A stretch of DNA of 63,640 nucleotides, filler included, from Choristocarpus tenellus KU-1152 (taxonomy: Eukaryota; Protista; Phaeophyceae), in assembly GCA_964200185.2 (NCBI GenBank). It is 7 parts of 7 records of this genome, joined end to end, with 100 filler letters (N's around TTAATTAATTAA, not from the genome) between each part and the next. Parts side by side here need not be neighbours in the genome. Positions count along the whole stretch, not along the records: positions 28,126 to 57,901 come from CAXNAD020000101.1; 6 more parts are not named here. One strand, 5' to 3'. Of the stretch, positions 29,791 to 45,600 are shown piece after piece. The translations under genes were made by a program, and so were the position numbers. The notes beneath the pieces were generated by a model. It saw only the letters and a list, made by a program, of their open reading frames with translations. It was not told the origin of the DNA and did no database searches. Position 1 is the first letter of the stretch, and each line of letters starts with the position of its first letter.

Positions 29791-32700
29791 GTGTCTTACA
29801 GTCACTGCACCATACACCAATAACAGCATAGTAACTAGCAATAGTACTTACTCTGTACAAAATAATGTCAGTGGGTAGAATTACACACCCATTAGTAGTG
29901 TAGTAAATAGTAAAGTGTTTGTACTGTTGCTAGAAGTAATACTATACTTGGGTGTAACCATTATCTGACACCCCACCTGCACAACTCATGCAAAAAACAT
30001 GAGCATGCATACATTTTGAGTGCGACATCAGTCAGTTACCCAGTCAGAGCAACAAATTGGAAGTCACTTATTACAGGTTGAATAGTCAGCAGTGGAGCAC
30101 CCATCCACAAAGGGTAGATGTGCAAAGCTTGCCATAAGCCAAAAGTGTTTCAGAACTACACAAATAGTGCAGATGTCACGCATATTTCTACACTGCCTGG
30201 AGTGTGGTTGGACCTTAAATGCAATTCTTTGCTTTCATTGGGTTTCAGTACTGAAAATATAACTTTCAAGTACTAGGTATTGAATATTACCACCTTGACA
30301 GCTTTTTGAGGACTTTCCTGCATCAAATGTGGATTACATCAATGCATCACTCCACTGTATGTATACATCACTGTATCAAAAACAGTGAAGAGACAAAACT
30401 TGGCAAGAGGGTTTCTTTGAACACAGTTTCCCTACCAACCTGAAACATTTTGACCGACGGTAATCCTGGTGAAGCATCACAAGCATCACAAGCATCATCC
30501 CATTTCTTAAAATAAACAAAAAATGAGATATGTACACCTTCACAAATCCCATAAAGTGCAAGTTTGCTTCATTGTAAGGAGGCCATTGTAAATTTCAGTT
30601 TTGACTGTTAGGAATGTGGGTAATGCCTCTTGGTGACACCAGCATATATATTTATATATATATATATATGGGAACAAGCTCTACATGAATAAAACTATAA
30701 TGTTGTCCCCACCCACTTACAGCAATGGATCCACATTTAGTATCCAGTCATACTCCGACCTACAGTCGATGGGATTGAAGTAATCTTCAATGCACTTGTC
30801 TCTATCTCCTGACAGTTCACATAAGGTAGTAGTTGCTGGGGTTTTAGTCCCCAACTCCCTTCAACCAAAACCGTAATGCAAACACATAGGCAGTTCTGAG
30901 ACTTGCTTGGTCTTGATGCAATTCAACCCTCGACTGACTGAATTGAACAACTTCGGCAAGTTTGACTTTTCATTCCCAACAGCATGCTGGATCACAAGCA
31001 GAGTGACTTAAGACTTATTCAGACGGATGCAAGACTCAAGTCCAGTGCCTACACTTGGTATGCCTCCCCTCCAGACCTCTATAACACAGAAACTCTGCCC
31101 TGCAGAGAAAAGGTAAACCCTCCTAAAGATATCCAACTTGACTCAAGATCACCATAGTTCTTCCATGGGATACCAGTATCACAACATCCTCACAACTCCT
31201 CCCATGTTCCTCACAGAATCATCACACATCCTCCAATTGTATGCAATGAAATCCGCCAACCACAGAGCACGACTCAATATATTGCTTCAATCTTAACTCC
31301 ACAGAGCTTTACCATGGCAACAGAGACAATGTGAAAGGTTGAAGGGGTGATGGAATTAAAAGCTTCACTTCGTTTGCAACTATGATTTTAACTAGATTTT
31401 GGTAGTGATACATGTAAAGAGTCCGGTGATATGGGAGGCAATAGTAACAAGTATCCACACAGGATTGCATCTAGTGACACCTATGATTGTTTCAATTAAT
31501 TACAAGTCACAACCTTCAACATTGCATCACCACAAAGAGCTCCAGAGTCATCGTGTTGTCTTGATGATTCGGGATCTTAGAGAAAAAAGTTATTTTGATT
31601 TTTTTCTACTGATAGATCACGAGAGTTAAGGAAGGACCATCGGTTCCATAAAAAAAATGGTTAAGCTGGGATGTACTCTTGAGAAAAAAGTTGAAAATAT
31701 CCCAAATGCAATGGGTATGAAGAGATTTTGCTTAGAAAGTCCTTCAGAAATGTATGTGGTAGAATCGTACTATATAAGTTGTAATACTTCAAGGCATAAA
31801 AATTGGTGATGTAAATCATGGTGATTCAAAAGGAACGATCTGTTAATAAAACATAATCAGCATTAATATCCAAGGTTAGATCAGTCGGAACATGTTTTGT
31901 CAATAAAATTGTATTTGAGAAGACTGTTGAATAATGCATTGGAAGGTCTTTGTCAGAGGTCATAGGCATTATAGATTCTGCTGTTGTGCCCATTGTGAGT
32001 GTTCTTTTGTATGTTTTTTTCTTTGGATGACACCTCGAATGTCAGAGAGTGTATACAACAAGTCAATTTCGGAGTGAAATCATATCAAATTCTAATCACA
32101 ACTCTTCTCAGTCAGGTATTGTTCACCCTTTTTGTCTAGTAGTGCAGAAATACCACCTAAGTAAAGGGAGGTCTTGATTATTGCACCCCTAACAGATCCC
32201 CTCACCAGGGAACCCATTCACCTCTTGATGCTTAAATGCAATCAAGTACATCAAAGGTTCTTGAGTTCATTTAATGACAACATCAGTAGAAATCATTTGT
32301 ATATACACTATAAACAGTGTACTTCTGGATACAATATAGCATTCTTTGAAGCATAAGATAATTGTATCTACAGTACATTCATCTGATCATAAGTTGTGCA
32401 TTAAAAGTGAGCGGTCATACATACAAGAAAAACACCACTCATCAATATATTTGTGGCTTGCTACATTCACGAGATAAGAAAGTGTGGATGAAAACTGCAC
32501 ACAGTGCTCTTTTCTCAATGTTCTGAATATTGCAAGAACTGATGCGATCGGCAGAGGGGTATTGGATGCGAAAGCTACCCTTCAATCAGAATTTATTATG
32601 GTGGTTCAATTTGAAACTAGGTCAAGATATAATATATGCATGTACCCTACTACATGCAGGCAATCCTGCTGAGTGAATGTTGCTGAGCAGGATTGCAGAA

Positions 32701-33601
32701 GTCTTTCTAGTATGGTCCATTGCATGTTGGGTGGTTGTGGAATGGAGGCCTTCTGGTCCATATGCACCAAAATAAGTTCTCCTCCACACCCTCCTTGCCA
32801 CTACTGCCACCACAGCTGTCCTCCAATATTCAATCCAATCACATGTAGGCTTCTATGGCACCTGCACTGACAGGGGCTCCCCCATATATCGTATTAGCTG
32901 GATCATCTTACACCCTCCAATGGCCCTCCCAAATAGCTCAGCTCATAAATATTTTGTCTTATGTGGCAAGTTAGGAGCACTGAGCTGGGACTCAGCTATT
33001 TCTAGATGAGCTGTATTTACACACATCAGGTCTGCATAAAGGATGCATTTCAGTGGATAGATGACCAAGCATGGAACAACAGGTAATCAGCACCAAAAGC
33101 TGTTCTGATTAACCACGTCATTGCCCCCATAGTTATTGTTAGCCATCAAAGTCCTTCCACTTACTAAAACCCTACCAATGCTCAGGAGACTACATGGACC
33201 TCCACATCATGGGTAAAAAATTTGCAACGAGAAGGACAGAAACAGGCACTGGCTATGCCAAACTTAGCCCCAATCAATTCTTTTTACTTTTTAGCAGGTG
33301 CATCGCCAGTGAAAGTTTTGGGCGATTTTCTTTTTAACTCACTTGTTGATACACAAGCACAAATTGGGCAACAAATTTATATTTACCTCTGGCCTATCAG
33401 TGGGAGGAGGGAAATTTGTTGTGTAGGGAGGGCTTATGTGTGTAACAGATGTAATTCTTTGAAATAATACCAAGTATCCCGTTTTTCATCCCAAATGATG
33501 TTATACAGTACCATTAGCAAGCAATAACATATTTGGGTGAATTGGATGTGACAGACTATAACCAGGACCTATTTACTTCAAAATCTACAATAAGCACTCA
33601 C

Positions 33602-36600
33602 CTCCTGGAACTTTGCCAGGCGTTCATCAGCCCCCTCCATGACCTCTACCCTCGCTGTGTCCCCCTTCACCCAGGGGTGATCCAGCATGCCTGCAGCAGT
33701 GAGCCTTTTTGAAGGATCTGTTTCCATCAGTTGGCGAACAAGGTCTCTTGCTGACAAGGAGAGATGTCCAAGTACATCGTCACCCAGAGGGACCTGCAAA
33801 AAACACTGTTTTAGTATGCATAGACTCTGAAGCTGCAGCTGCTGTTCCTGCTGGGGTGACATAGCAAAAATCACACGCACACACAACCAAATATATATAT
33901 ACTCCTGTTTACAAACTAGATGCTTCAGGACTCTATGCTTGTATCAAAAAATGTTATAACTTATCTGATTGGGGAGGGCTTAACAATCTGATAATCATTC
34001 AACACAACCATGCACAGAACAGGAAAATATAGGGTAAATATGTACTAATGAGAGTTAATGGTGCACTAGTTTGGGTGCAGCAAATATGTGCACAAGTGGG
34101 GACTACAATATAACAGCCACAGAAGTGGAGAAGCAATTCTATCCCATTAGCTCAATGTAACACAAATAGTCTTCTCTTGGTCTAAATATTGCTTTTCGAC
34201 CATGTCCCCATCATTAATCTTGGCATCACTCAATCATGGGGCTTGGGGGGAGGAGAGGAGATGTACCTCCTGCTTCATGATTCTGTCGAGAATAACTTCA
34301 TCATTTGCATCTCCGTAGAGGTCAAAAGGATGTGATCCCACCAGCATGATAAATATTATAACTCCTGCAGCCCTGGTGGAAATGTGACCAAGGTTGTAGA
34401 AATGAGTGTGACTAAATATGACAAGAAATAAAGAAGCAAAGATTATATGAGCTAGGAATAAGAAGAGAGGGTTTGCAAAGGGATAGTCATGACATTAATA
34501 TTGAAGTTAGAGTTAAGACGATGAATAAGCGCATCACGTAACAAGGAGGTGAAATGGGAAACTAAAAAAAAGTATCAGGAGTACTGAGTCATGCACACTA
34601 CTTGTGTGTGCACCAGAAAAGTGAAGCTTCAAGGATGTATGGTTATCTTCTTGACTTGACCACAATTTTTCCTAACTTTGGGGATGAGGTTATAGTGAGG
34701 TAAACGTAAACATGTGCTCAGGGGAAGTGCTAGGTTTCAAGGTAAGTCTTGCCCCCCCTCTACCCCCTAGCACTACTCATCAATCCCCTAAGAGCTGCCC
34801 ATCTGCCACCACCTGCATTGTTACCCACCACATGTCTGCAGCTGGGGTATGAGTGAAACCGCCAATCCTTCGTTCAGAAGCAACAATCTCAGGGGGCCAA
34901 TATGCAGGAGTACCGCTGGATTTCCTCTCCATCCTATCTGTTGTATGATCCCTGAACTCATCACCCCTGTCACTTCTACTTGTATCACTATGGTTGACAA
35001 GACTGCTCTGGGCCAGCCCCGGGGCCATGGTACTATTTTCATTGTTGACGCATGATGACAATGCCTGTGAGATCCCTTGGCTGTTCCGGCTTATCATGGA
35101 GCATCCAAAGTCCACCAGCTTTACCTAGCAAATTGAAGGTTAAACAAAAAAACAAACACACAATGCAAGTTGTATCAAATATTGTATCAAATATTGAGGA
35201 AGGCGTGACTCGTTTCTACTTCTAAATTGAAGCCAAACCTGAATCGCTGCTGTATTGGCACTGGAGATGGTGATGCACTTCATAACAACCAAACATACTC
35301 TATTTCACTCTACACAGAGAGAAATGTGTAACCACACAATGGACAATCACAAACAACACTCACTAGATGTACCAATAAGCACAGAAGCATGTGTGAAGAT
35401 GTGTGTGAGTGAAGGGAAAAGATAAAAACTCTGCACAGATGGAGAGAATGCATCTTTATACCAGGCAATCTGTGAAAACAACTTACAGAAATATGAAGCC
35501 AAGGTCCACAGCGACTTCTTACCACTTTAGCAAAGGAAAAGAATCAACTTAGACCGGTCTCCATATTTACTTTAGTGCAATTTTTGGAGCTATGGATTCA
35601 GCAACTGAGAAATCAACAGGAATACTATTCTCTACATTGTTTCCAATTGGAACATGGGTCTCTCATTGAAAAAAATATCTCCACGCTTTGCTCCTTTAAA
35701 GGGAGTGTGGTACATGGTGCTTGAGGCATCTGTACCTGCACTTGACACCCATAAGCAAGGGTGGTAGTCCAACTGAGCGAATCCAAGCACAATGAGCAAC
35801 AAAGAGGTATACTTTGTTTTTACACATTCCTTTTCTAATATTGTTTTACAAAGTTGAGAATAATAACAGGACCTCCCTTCAGTTCGACCCACAGTTCTCA
35901 ATACCCTGACCGCCCCCAACCAATCCAATGGGATTGAATAATACCTGTTGTCTCAAGGAATAGAAGTGTAACAGTTTTCAGTCAAGATGATACAAGATGA
36001 TACAACTTTGGATGCAATAGAGTCCATCTCAGGGGTGACACCCTCGCATGCAAAAGGTCTCAACTGACCTATTCACTCCTGCACATTGATCTTGACATCC
36101 TGACAACTAAAAACCCCTCATCACCTTCACAAGTGCCTAGCAAAATCAGTCAAACATCCCACACCATTCTAATCACTCATCGGGCAAATTAACAACTACA
36201 CCAAACCTGGCACTGACACCCTTCAGAGGTGATTTCGGAGGGTTACAAAATGTAACCATCCCAACAAATCTCTACTGGCACAATTCACAAACCTCAGTGT
36301 AATTGCACCCACATATTACACTATGACAGAGCTTCATTTCAAGCTACACAAGTCAGTTGGTGCCCCAAAGGGTGAGAACAGGACTTAATAGTTTTCAAAA
36401 TAAAATATACAATAAAATTATCAAAGGAGCCAAGTTTAGGTGATCACTCCACTACTATACATGGCTCTTAAAAGCTTAACCAACAAGACATGCCCACACT
36501 GGGCTTATGATCACCCAAGATCACACAGGACATATGAAAAATTGATAGACACCAAAAAGTTGCACACATATAGTTTATGGCAACACTGGTGGCCCAGCAC

Positions 36601-39600
36601 TTGGAGGTTAAGGGGGAAGATAATCAATTCAGCAAACTGAACAACAAGATTTTCTGGCACAGATCATACACCTCAGTGTGTTGAGTCAACCTGACTCTAT
36701 TTATTAGCTTCAATTTAAGCTACAATTCATCCTACTATGTGCAGCAGAGGGCAAGAATGATATTAAACAAATTTAACTCCAAGTTGCCAAACTATCCCAA
36801 ATACTAGAAATATAGGCTACTTGGCTGGACAGAGGCACTCTCCAAGTCATGTCCACCCCTCAAGCCCCAAAGCACAGACTGTTCTTGGCCTTCATCCTAT
36901 GATAGCCACACTTTGCCCATTCCCAGTTGGTCGATTTTCTGTTCTGAGCGTCACAGATTGAATGTGGTGTAAATCAAGTAAAAAAGGTGTGACCAACATC
37001 CATCAATTGTCATCCGGAATATGTACCAACAACATATTTTACACAAACTATCGGCCCTGTGATTGACTCCCTCTACACATCTGATGGAATCAAGGTTGGC
37101 AAGTACAGTTGTACTGACGTTGGCAACTTGAAATAATGGCCATCTTGCAGTTATCCTGTATGCAATATCATGTTCATTGGGCTCTCAAAATGAGAAATCT
37201 TGAAAGTAAAAAGGAAAAAATACAAGATAGAGCACACGCCTTGATTTCTTCTTGTCAGTTGCCCAAAAACTTGTACTATACTGTAGTAGAGACAGTGGAA
37301 CAAGGGTGGGCAGGTCTACAAACCTAAAATATTCCTGTACTTCATCGATCACACTAACCAGATCACACTAACCAGCGATAAGAGTGCCAATGAAGTTATC
37401 ATTCACTATCATTGGTGACTGCACATGCACTGCAAAAGCCTCCAATACTATCACAACTGCATCTGTATCTGCCACTCACTCCTGAGAGGGAGGTGCTCAT
37501 TGATTGCCAAGTCCGCATGAAGATGTCAAGCACATCGATAGAGATATAGATACAGATAGAGAAAGGGTGTTCTTGAAATAATTGTAACATCCTCCGCAGG
37601 ATCATGGCACTCATACAAATCACCTCAATCTGCTGCTGTGGTTTGAGGTCAAAAGTGCACACCCTCTGCTGGAGTTGCATTTGCTGGACAGTATTTACTC
37701 AGCTTTGCACAATTGATGTGGCGATGTCAGTCACTACCACATCACCAAAAAGGTGGAAAGGTGGAAAGGTAAGATTGGAACGTTTTGAATGTTTTTGACA
37801 AACATTGCAGAACTCTTTTTGAACTGACCTTCCACTAAAGGAAGGTAAGAGCTAGGTAGGATAGGTTGTAGGAGGCAATACAGGTGAAGTCTTGGGGTCT
37901 TGACAATCTTGAGGTCTAGGAGAAGATGGATACGTCTCCTGTCTTGCTTCTCAGACTCACGGTGATTGTCTGGTGAATATTGAACTGAAAATCCTGTCTA
38001 TGAAGAGACTTTTGAGTGAGACAACCATCTCAAAAAAGATCTTGAGAAGTGTTGCAACAGAATGGACAGACCTAAGCTACTTCTGATCAGAGTAATATGA
38101 CCAATCTCGAAGATCCAGGAACAAAATTTCTATTTACATGTACAATCTGTATACAATCTTGATTTCAGAGGCCACATCATCACAATTTTGATCTTCAAGG
38201 CACTTTATGATCTATTAACAGGAACTAGTCGAGATCTGAACCATCTTCTCACACCACTTCTCAAGATAGATACAAGATACAACTGGTTTCCACTAAAGAA
38301 TTATGTGCCAACATATGTGTACTGAACATAAGACTTGGTCATGTCCTCATTATTGGGATGGGAAGTGAATGGGTCCTTTCACAACTTGAATTAAGACAGA
38401 ACTGTGCTCAGTGAGTTAAAGATCATCCACCGATGTACTTTGAAGCTGATGATTTTAACAACACTTTCCAACTATCAAAATAGTCTCATTGTATTTTTAC
38501 AACCTCAACAAAGATTCTAATACTTCACTACAATAAAAGACAAACATACAGGTAGATTTTTAGGCACTGTGCAGATTGACACAACGGAGTTTGTGTTGCA
38601 AAAGAGCAAGATGGCATGATCAGCTTTTATTGGATCATTGATTGATCTCCAGAGATTGGTCGACTCAAGAAACTTACTGAGATTCTCCAATGGGAGAGAA
38701 GATACTACTATGATCATGGAGACTAACCAAATTCACTCTACTGCAACAAAGATTGGTCAGTAGACTAGACTTGTCACATGAAATTTATATCTCAAAGGGG
38801 ATGAAATACTGTGGATGGGTCACACATCAGCCACGGTCAAGCAATGCAAAATAAAGTCAAAGTCTGCTGTGTATCAAAACCACCAACCTGCTTACAACAT
38901 GCCCAGAGGTCAGCATGAGCACAACATTAGCAAAAGGACAGATCACAAAATACCTCTCCTGACTCAAACATGAACTGGAAATATTGCGTAACACACGTAG
39001 ACTCAACTCAAAGACAAAGTCAAACAGACATTCCCAAACACAGCTTAATAACCAACTCCCGAAAATTCCTGCAAAACCTGTCACTTCAGACCACATGAAG
39101 ACCAACCGAACTCAACATGCTACACAAATACTTCTTGACATATTACAGCAAAGCTACAACAGGTTGATAGATGCAAATAGCAATGTGTAAACTATTCTCA
39201 CACCTTGTACATATCACCTAGTGATTGTTGCAAAATACGACAAATGGTCATGTAGAATGAGAACAAGGGATATTAGAGATACTTCCCCATCCTTTTCATA
39301 TTCAAACCAGTCTACTAACAAAAAAAGGGTATACCCTGCCTTACACATATCGAAGATGTCAACATCTAGACAAAATACATTGCTGGACATACTTCTTGGG
39401 TCAGACTTCTCCTGTGTACAGTGATAATACCTCCTGGACTCCCAAACTCCCTTGCATCAGCTCTTGCACTTCTTACACAATGTCGTTTTTGTGTATCTCA
39501 CAGTCCCTCCTGGCTGCCAAACCCTCCACAGCAACTTTTCTGTGGCAACTTGTATGGCAACTCTCATTCCACTTCCCACCCCTCAGAGCTAAGATGTAAA

Positions 39601-42600
39601 ATACGTGAGGCCACCCCTGCTACATACAAGTGCATATACACATTAAAAACTAGGATTTCCTCATACTTCTGTGTCTATATCTCAAAATGCACCATCAATA
39701 AGCCTTCTCCACACACGTCACCAGCCACGGACTCGCCTGCATGGATGCTACCAGTGTGCAGGGAAAACCCTGTATCGGTTTCCAGCACCCTGCAGGATGT
39801 TTAAACGTATGGTATGTGAGATTCATTACACATACATGCCCAGACTTTCATGCATTGTATGTCGTACACATGAATTTAGAAATCTTTGTCTGTCAAAAGT
39901 TCCTTCAAGAGTGCATTAACACCTCCTATTATCCACATGGTTGCCAGTGTGGGTCATAACATCTAGCATCAACATCCTCAAGATCATTCATCGTCTTCCA
40001 TTAGTCCTGATGGCACAACATCCTCAGAAATGGGTCACCCACTGCCAGAAATGCTCCATCCTCTGGAAGAGTCTGGCCCCTCACCTCACGGGTTGTGTGT
40101 CTGTTGATCCAATCCCTAAAGAACTGGATTTCACAAGTTGTACCATTGTCACCATCTTCAGAAAAATTATTGGCCCTGCTCAATCTAAACCCCCATCCTT
40201 AGAAGGGTGAGGATCAAGAAAGAGCATACCACATAACCCCTCCCTGACAGATATCCCTGAACCCTATTGTTGTGCTCCTGTTCCTCTCTCCACAGCAACC
40301 GCCCACTTACATTAGGCAACCTTGTGGACTTGTCCTCAAAACCTATTGTTTGGTGATTACCTAGAAATATGGACCATATAGGTCTACCACCTGCATGGTG
40401 TCTGCCAGCACCTCCTGCCCTGAACCCCTTGTTGGAGGCCACACCTCGGCAACCATGGTGAATTTCCCCCATTACCAATTGAGTGTCCTTGTGAGCCTCA
40501 AAATCTACAGCAGCCTTGCAAGCCCACAATTTCTCAACATCTTCCAACGGTTCAAAGACTTTGTCCTGGTCCTTGAGTTCGGGATCCCATTTAACCTTCA
40601 ATTCCACAGTAACCTTATACCTGTGTAATTGAAATGGGCAATTATATATCATTATACTTCACTATATTTCACTATATTTCGTATCCTCAGACAAGAGTGA
40701 GACCAGTTCAGGTTTGAACCTCTGCTTGCACACAATGGCATTCCAACAAAAGAAATGATCCAACTTCTCTTTGAGGAACTCCTGAACCTGTACCCTCTTC
40801 AACATCACCCTATGAGAGACAGTGGTCATTCTCTGCCTTCCAGTCACTTCACCAAACTTTTTGCGATTGGGATGGTTATCTGGGTTGTCTTCCACATGAC
40901 CTTCTGTAGATAACCCTCAGTCGTCTCCTCCCATCAGAGTTTGAGTTCATGCTGCATCAGTAAGCAATGGTGATTCCAAGTGAGAGCATGGCACGGATCA
41001 AAGAGAACCAGATGATTCACTATCTCCTGTTGGAATTTTGGTGATTCACTGCAGAAGCTTACACCAACTTACACCTTCCGTTTGACAAGGAAAATATTGG
41101 TTACTTTCAACGCCACTATCTCAATATCAGGATATCAGGATATCAGGACACTCAATGTTGGTTGCAACCTCCAACACCAGCGATGTGTTACGGCCAAGTC
41201 CTCACATTGCAGGCCTTCTTTTCCCACATTTGAGCCACCTTGGTTTTGTCCCGTCATGTTGGTTCTTTTCTTCTTTCTTCTTTATTCTTTCTTCAACCAC
41301 TCTCATACTAGTTCTCGTATTAGTTCCACCTGGGGTCGCACTTATTGGTTCCAGCAAGATTGTAACCACACCCTCTTGATTCTTGCAGCCAATATTGTAA
41401 TCTGTGCTCAATCCAATGGTCAGGTCTCGAGAATTTGATTGGATTGTAGACACTGTAATCATGGTCAATCTACTACTACAAGTGCTCTCCCCTCAGTAGG
41501 CCTGCTGCATAAATTTTATTTTATTTTAGTGAGAGTAAAATGCATTGAATATGATGTGGATTAACCAAGGTCAAGAAAATGCAACAGATTGCCGACACCT
41601 GCTATGTATTAAAAAAAAGAAGTCTCAACATCTCTGCACACAATAGACCACAACACAATGCAACTTTAAATCCAACATAATAGCAGAATGATGAATCAGA
41701 ACAACAGACTCAAAGACAAAAATACAACACCACCCTCTATAGCAAAAAACATGTAAAGAAGACTACAACATTACACACACACCTGAGCCTTCTCATCATC
41801 CCAGGAGGAGAGCATCAGATTCTCCGGCTTGAGATCAGCGTGTACGATGCCTCGACTGTGGAGAAAGCTCAAAGCATGTGCCAGGTCTCGAATAAGAATG
41901 GCTGCTGTCTGTAAGACCCTCACACAAACAATGAGTTAAACCCGAAAACATGGCAAAATATATATTTGTAAATGCAGGTAACGATTTTAGGGTGAAATAA
42001 ATATGTTTGACCACACTAAAAAGAGGTGTTGTGCTGTCACTTAAGAAAAGCATTTGGCTTAACCAAAAAGCATATCACAAAGTAGATAGTAATAAAACAT
42101 CAAGCAAAACAAAAATTTCCATTTAAAAAATGAAGGGTTTCTGTTTGGTAGTAAGTTACTACATCAAAGTCAAGAAGCTGTGTTTGCTCTTATACAATAA
42201 CCAGTTTTTCGCTGCCATGCCAGAAAAAGCAAAACACGATCAGTATCGACAGAATTTTCCAAATTGCGAATCACTACAGCACACCAGAGTAAAAAGAGAT
42301 ACTTCAAAGTTTGTTTCATTCTTCGCATATTCTGCAAAAAAAGAAAAATCACAAACTGTTTTCATCAATATGCATATATGACAGGGCATCGCACTATGTG
42401 TATGGTATTTCTGGTTGTTCAGTCTTCAAATAGAGAAGTAAACTAGAAGTCATGTCAATTCAGGGTTCAGAGGAGACTGAAGGGTGAACAGGTGCATCCC
42501 ATTGACCCAATGTGGTCTGTGGATTTCTAATCAGCCTAAACAATTGTTCTTGGAAATCGTGTTGATCACATTACTATCAATTGTCAAAATATCTACAAGT

Positions 42601-45600
42601 TAATCACATTACTATCAATTGTCAAAATATCTACAAGTTAATCACATTACTATTAATTGTCAAAATATTACAAGCCTCCCTACATCAATCGTAAAGGCAA
42701 CAAAGTCTAATCAAATAGCACAACCTCTTTCATATATTGCAAGTGTTTTGAAAGAAATATCATGCAATACACAACATGTGCAGTTGTCATGGACTCAGCT
42801 CCACAATCCTTTGCTTGCTATCCCTTGCCGCAGAGGACATACCCTTAGAACTATTGAGGAAGAAAGCAGGAAGAATCAACGACCTGAGCCCAAGTCCCCA
42901 CAAATAATTTAAATTCACAATTGTAACCTTCCCTGTGCCTTACTCCAAACACCAATCGTTAACATCTGATATATTTGAGAGACTGACCATACATCACAGC
43001 ACTGATGCCCTTCAGGGGGCTGTCTTTTTCAACCTCTCAAAGTGAATCAATCCATTTCCCAATTCTGATACGATTTCACCCCTAACCATACCCCTAACCC
43101 AACAGAAAAATCGTTGAATCATATACTTTGAATCATATGCAACCCAATTCATCTCCACCGCAACATATACTTTGAAGTAGCTTCAGTTTTAACCTTTGAA
43201 GTAGCTTCAGTTTTAACCTTTGAAGTAGCTTCAGTTTTAACCCTCAACTTAAGAATGGACACCCCAAAAGCCATCCCAACCCTGAATCCATCAAAATCAA
43301 TGCCATCATAACCCATACATAAAAACAATCCTACCCTAAACACAAAAACTTGGAAAAATACACACCCAAACTCAAGTCACTCCTCCACTATCCCCCCCCC
43401 CCGTCCACCCCCCCAAAAATCCGGTTACTAATTCATGCCTGCTCACTGTAGGGTCCATTGGTGCACAGGTGCTCGAACAGCTCACCTCCTGAGACCAACT
43501 CCAGCACGAGATAAAAGTGTTCCTCATCCTCAAACATCTCCTCCATCCCTTACATCAGTCAGACACATGTACGTCAAGTTATAAGGACCAAGTGATCAAA
43601 CAAGGAAAGATACCAATCACACAACAGTAGCATAGAAAAAAGTAACACAAAGTTGTACTCTGTAATACAGTGTATGTGTATATATATATAGAAGATATCA
43701 CTCTGGATTACATTGTAAACCCAAAACACCAAGGATTTGAAATTACTATTAAAGTCTATGTCTAACCCTAAGTTAGGTGACAAGGATGGCAGAATGAATG
43801 GGACCGGAGGGTGCATTGGTTGGTTGGCGCATTTGGAGGGATGAGGGATGAGGGATGAAAAATAATTGCTCACCCACACATCTAATGGGTCTTTTTAACA
43901 AGCATACAAAGGCCTCAGAACAAACTACACCACTGGTGATGACCCCTTTCAATATTTTCAATGAGTCACAGATGATCACATGTACACCCTTCCGGAAAAT
44001 AAACACCATACAGACCCATCCCATTAACATTCACACAACCCACAACACAGGTCACCACCCTCTGACCCCCTCAAGGCGTTCTAGTCACCCCAGTCACTGT
44101 AAAGAAAACATCAAAAGTGTTGACAATAATCACTGTGTACATTGCCTGCCTAACATCGGGAAAAATTGATTGTCTAAATGAAAAATATGGTGGTTGGTGG
44201 ATGGTGTAACAGCAGAAAAACATGGATTGCTGACAGTACAATTTACACCCATCATATTGTTAACTGCTACTCACTCTGTTAAACCAATACCTTGAGCTGT
44301 CTGAGGCGACCATTTTTGGTTGTATCTAATCTCATATTGAAACATACAGACTACTACAACAAACTGCAATGATAACAAAAAAACTGAATGCAATATTGAT
44401 GCATCAAACTAAGTTACAAAAAATATCTAGTATCAATTCCTCCATAGTACATAGTAAGTTGTCAATTTGAGACATTCAATGCAGTAGGCGTAGGGAGATT
44501 CACAAATGGTAGAGTTAGGTAGAGTTAGACTGTGAGGGCAGGACATGATTGTGTGCATGAAGTAGTTTTTGGATATGCTTAATAATATCAAAACAATACT
44601 TTTGTTGAGCTCTGAACCTTCTACAGGAAGTTTTCATAAAAGAAAATAAAAGTCACATATACAGCAATGACTGCTGCAATAGGTTCGTACAGGGACACTG
44701 GTAAAAGCATAATGAGGGCAATGCCATTTGGCTAGTGAGCTGATATGGGGTGGGAAAAACCATACTTGTTTAAATGCACTCGGCATCTACTGCCAATGAA
44801 ATATTTCAGTTTCTAATGTCAATTTTTAATGCTTCAATCACTGTAACTATCCATTTCTACTATGTATCAACCCACTTGGTCTCTTGTACATACTTCAATG
44901 GTTGGCGATTTCTCTCCTACAATCACTACAGCAGGGCATTTCCAACTTCTAGGTATAAGCTTTTGTACAAGGCCCTTCTGTTAATAGTTCATACACTGAG
45001 AACAACTAAACAATGCCCTTCAAACTAAGAAAAGGCAACATCACCCATTGGATACACTGATCCAAAAACACATTGTCAGTGAGTTTCCTCAAACCGTATT
45101 GAAAGATACACTTTACTACATTCAATGACTGGTTTTGTTCTGGTACTACATTCAATGGACAAAAATATTATATCGCCTTGCTTGGGACTGGGAAGGGTGA
45201 ATGCACCTGAGGCACTGATTCATGACACTTAGAAGTACCCGCCAACAGTTTCATGAGATGGCTATTGACAGTGCCAAGTAAAGGATGTGTTGTGTGTTGT
45301 GGGTTTGTGAAATTGTTATGGGTTGTAATATTTGATGTGCTACAGTTTGTACCTGCAACTTGCTTGTTAAGAAGGTGAGACTTGCCTATGAAGCATCATG
45401 ACTATGTAAATGTGGGGGCCACCTTCGAAGTGGGGACTTGCACCTATGTCAGGTTAGAAACTTGGTAGGTTTGGAACACTGGCTGACACAACTCATACAG
45501 TAATACTCATACAGTAATACACCCAGACACTACAACAGCACACGCAAAGTAAGCAGTAATACTTCAGTACTAGGAACAGTACTAGGAATTCAAATGGTTG

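Noticed and set aside
32622-32870. Next kinase exon or non-LTR element C-terminus
   Set aside because: No phase-0 open exon with recognisable regulatory-domain sequence, and no family can be assigned by eye.
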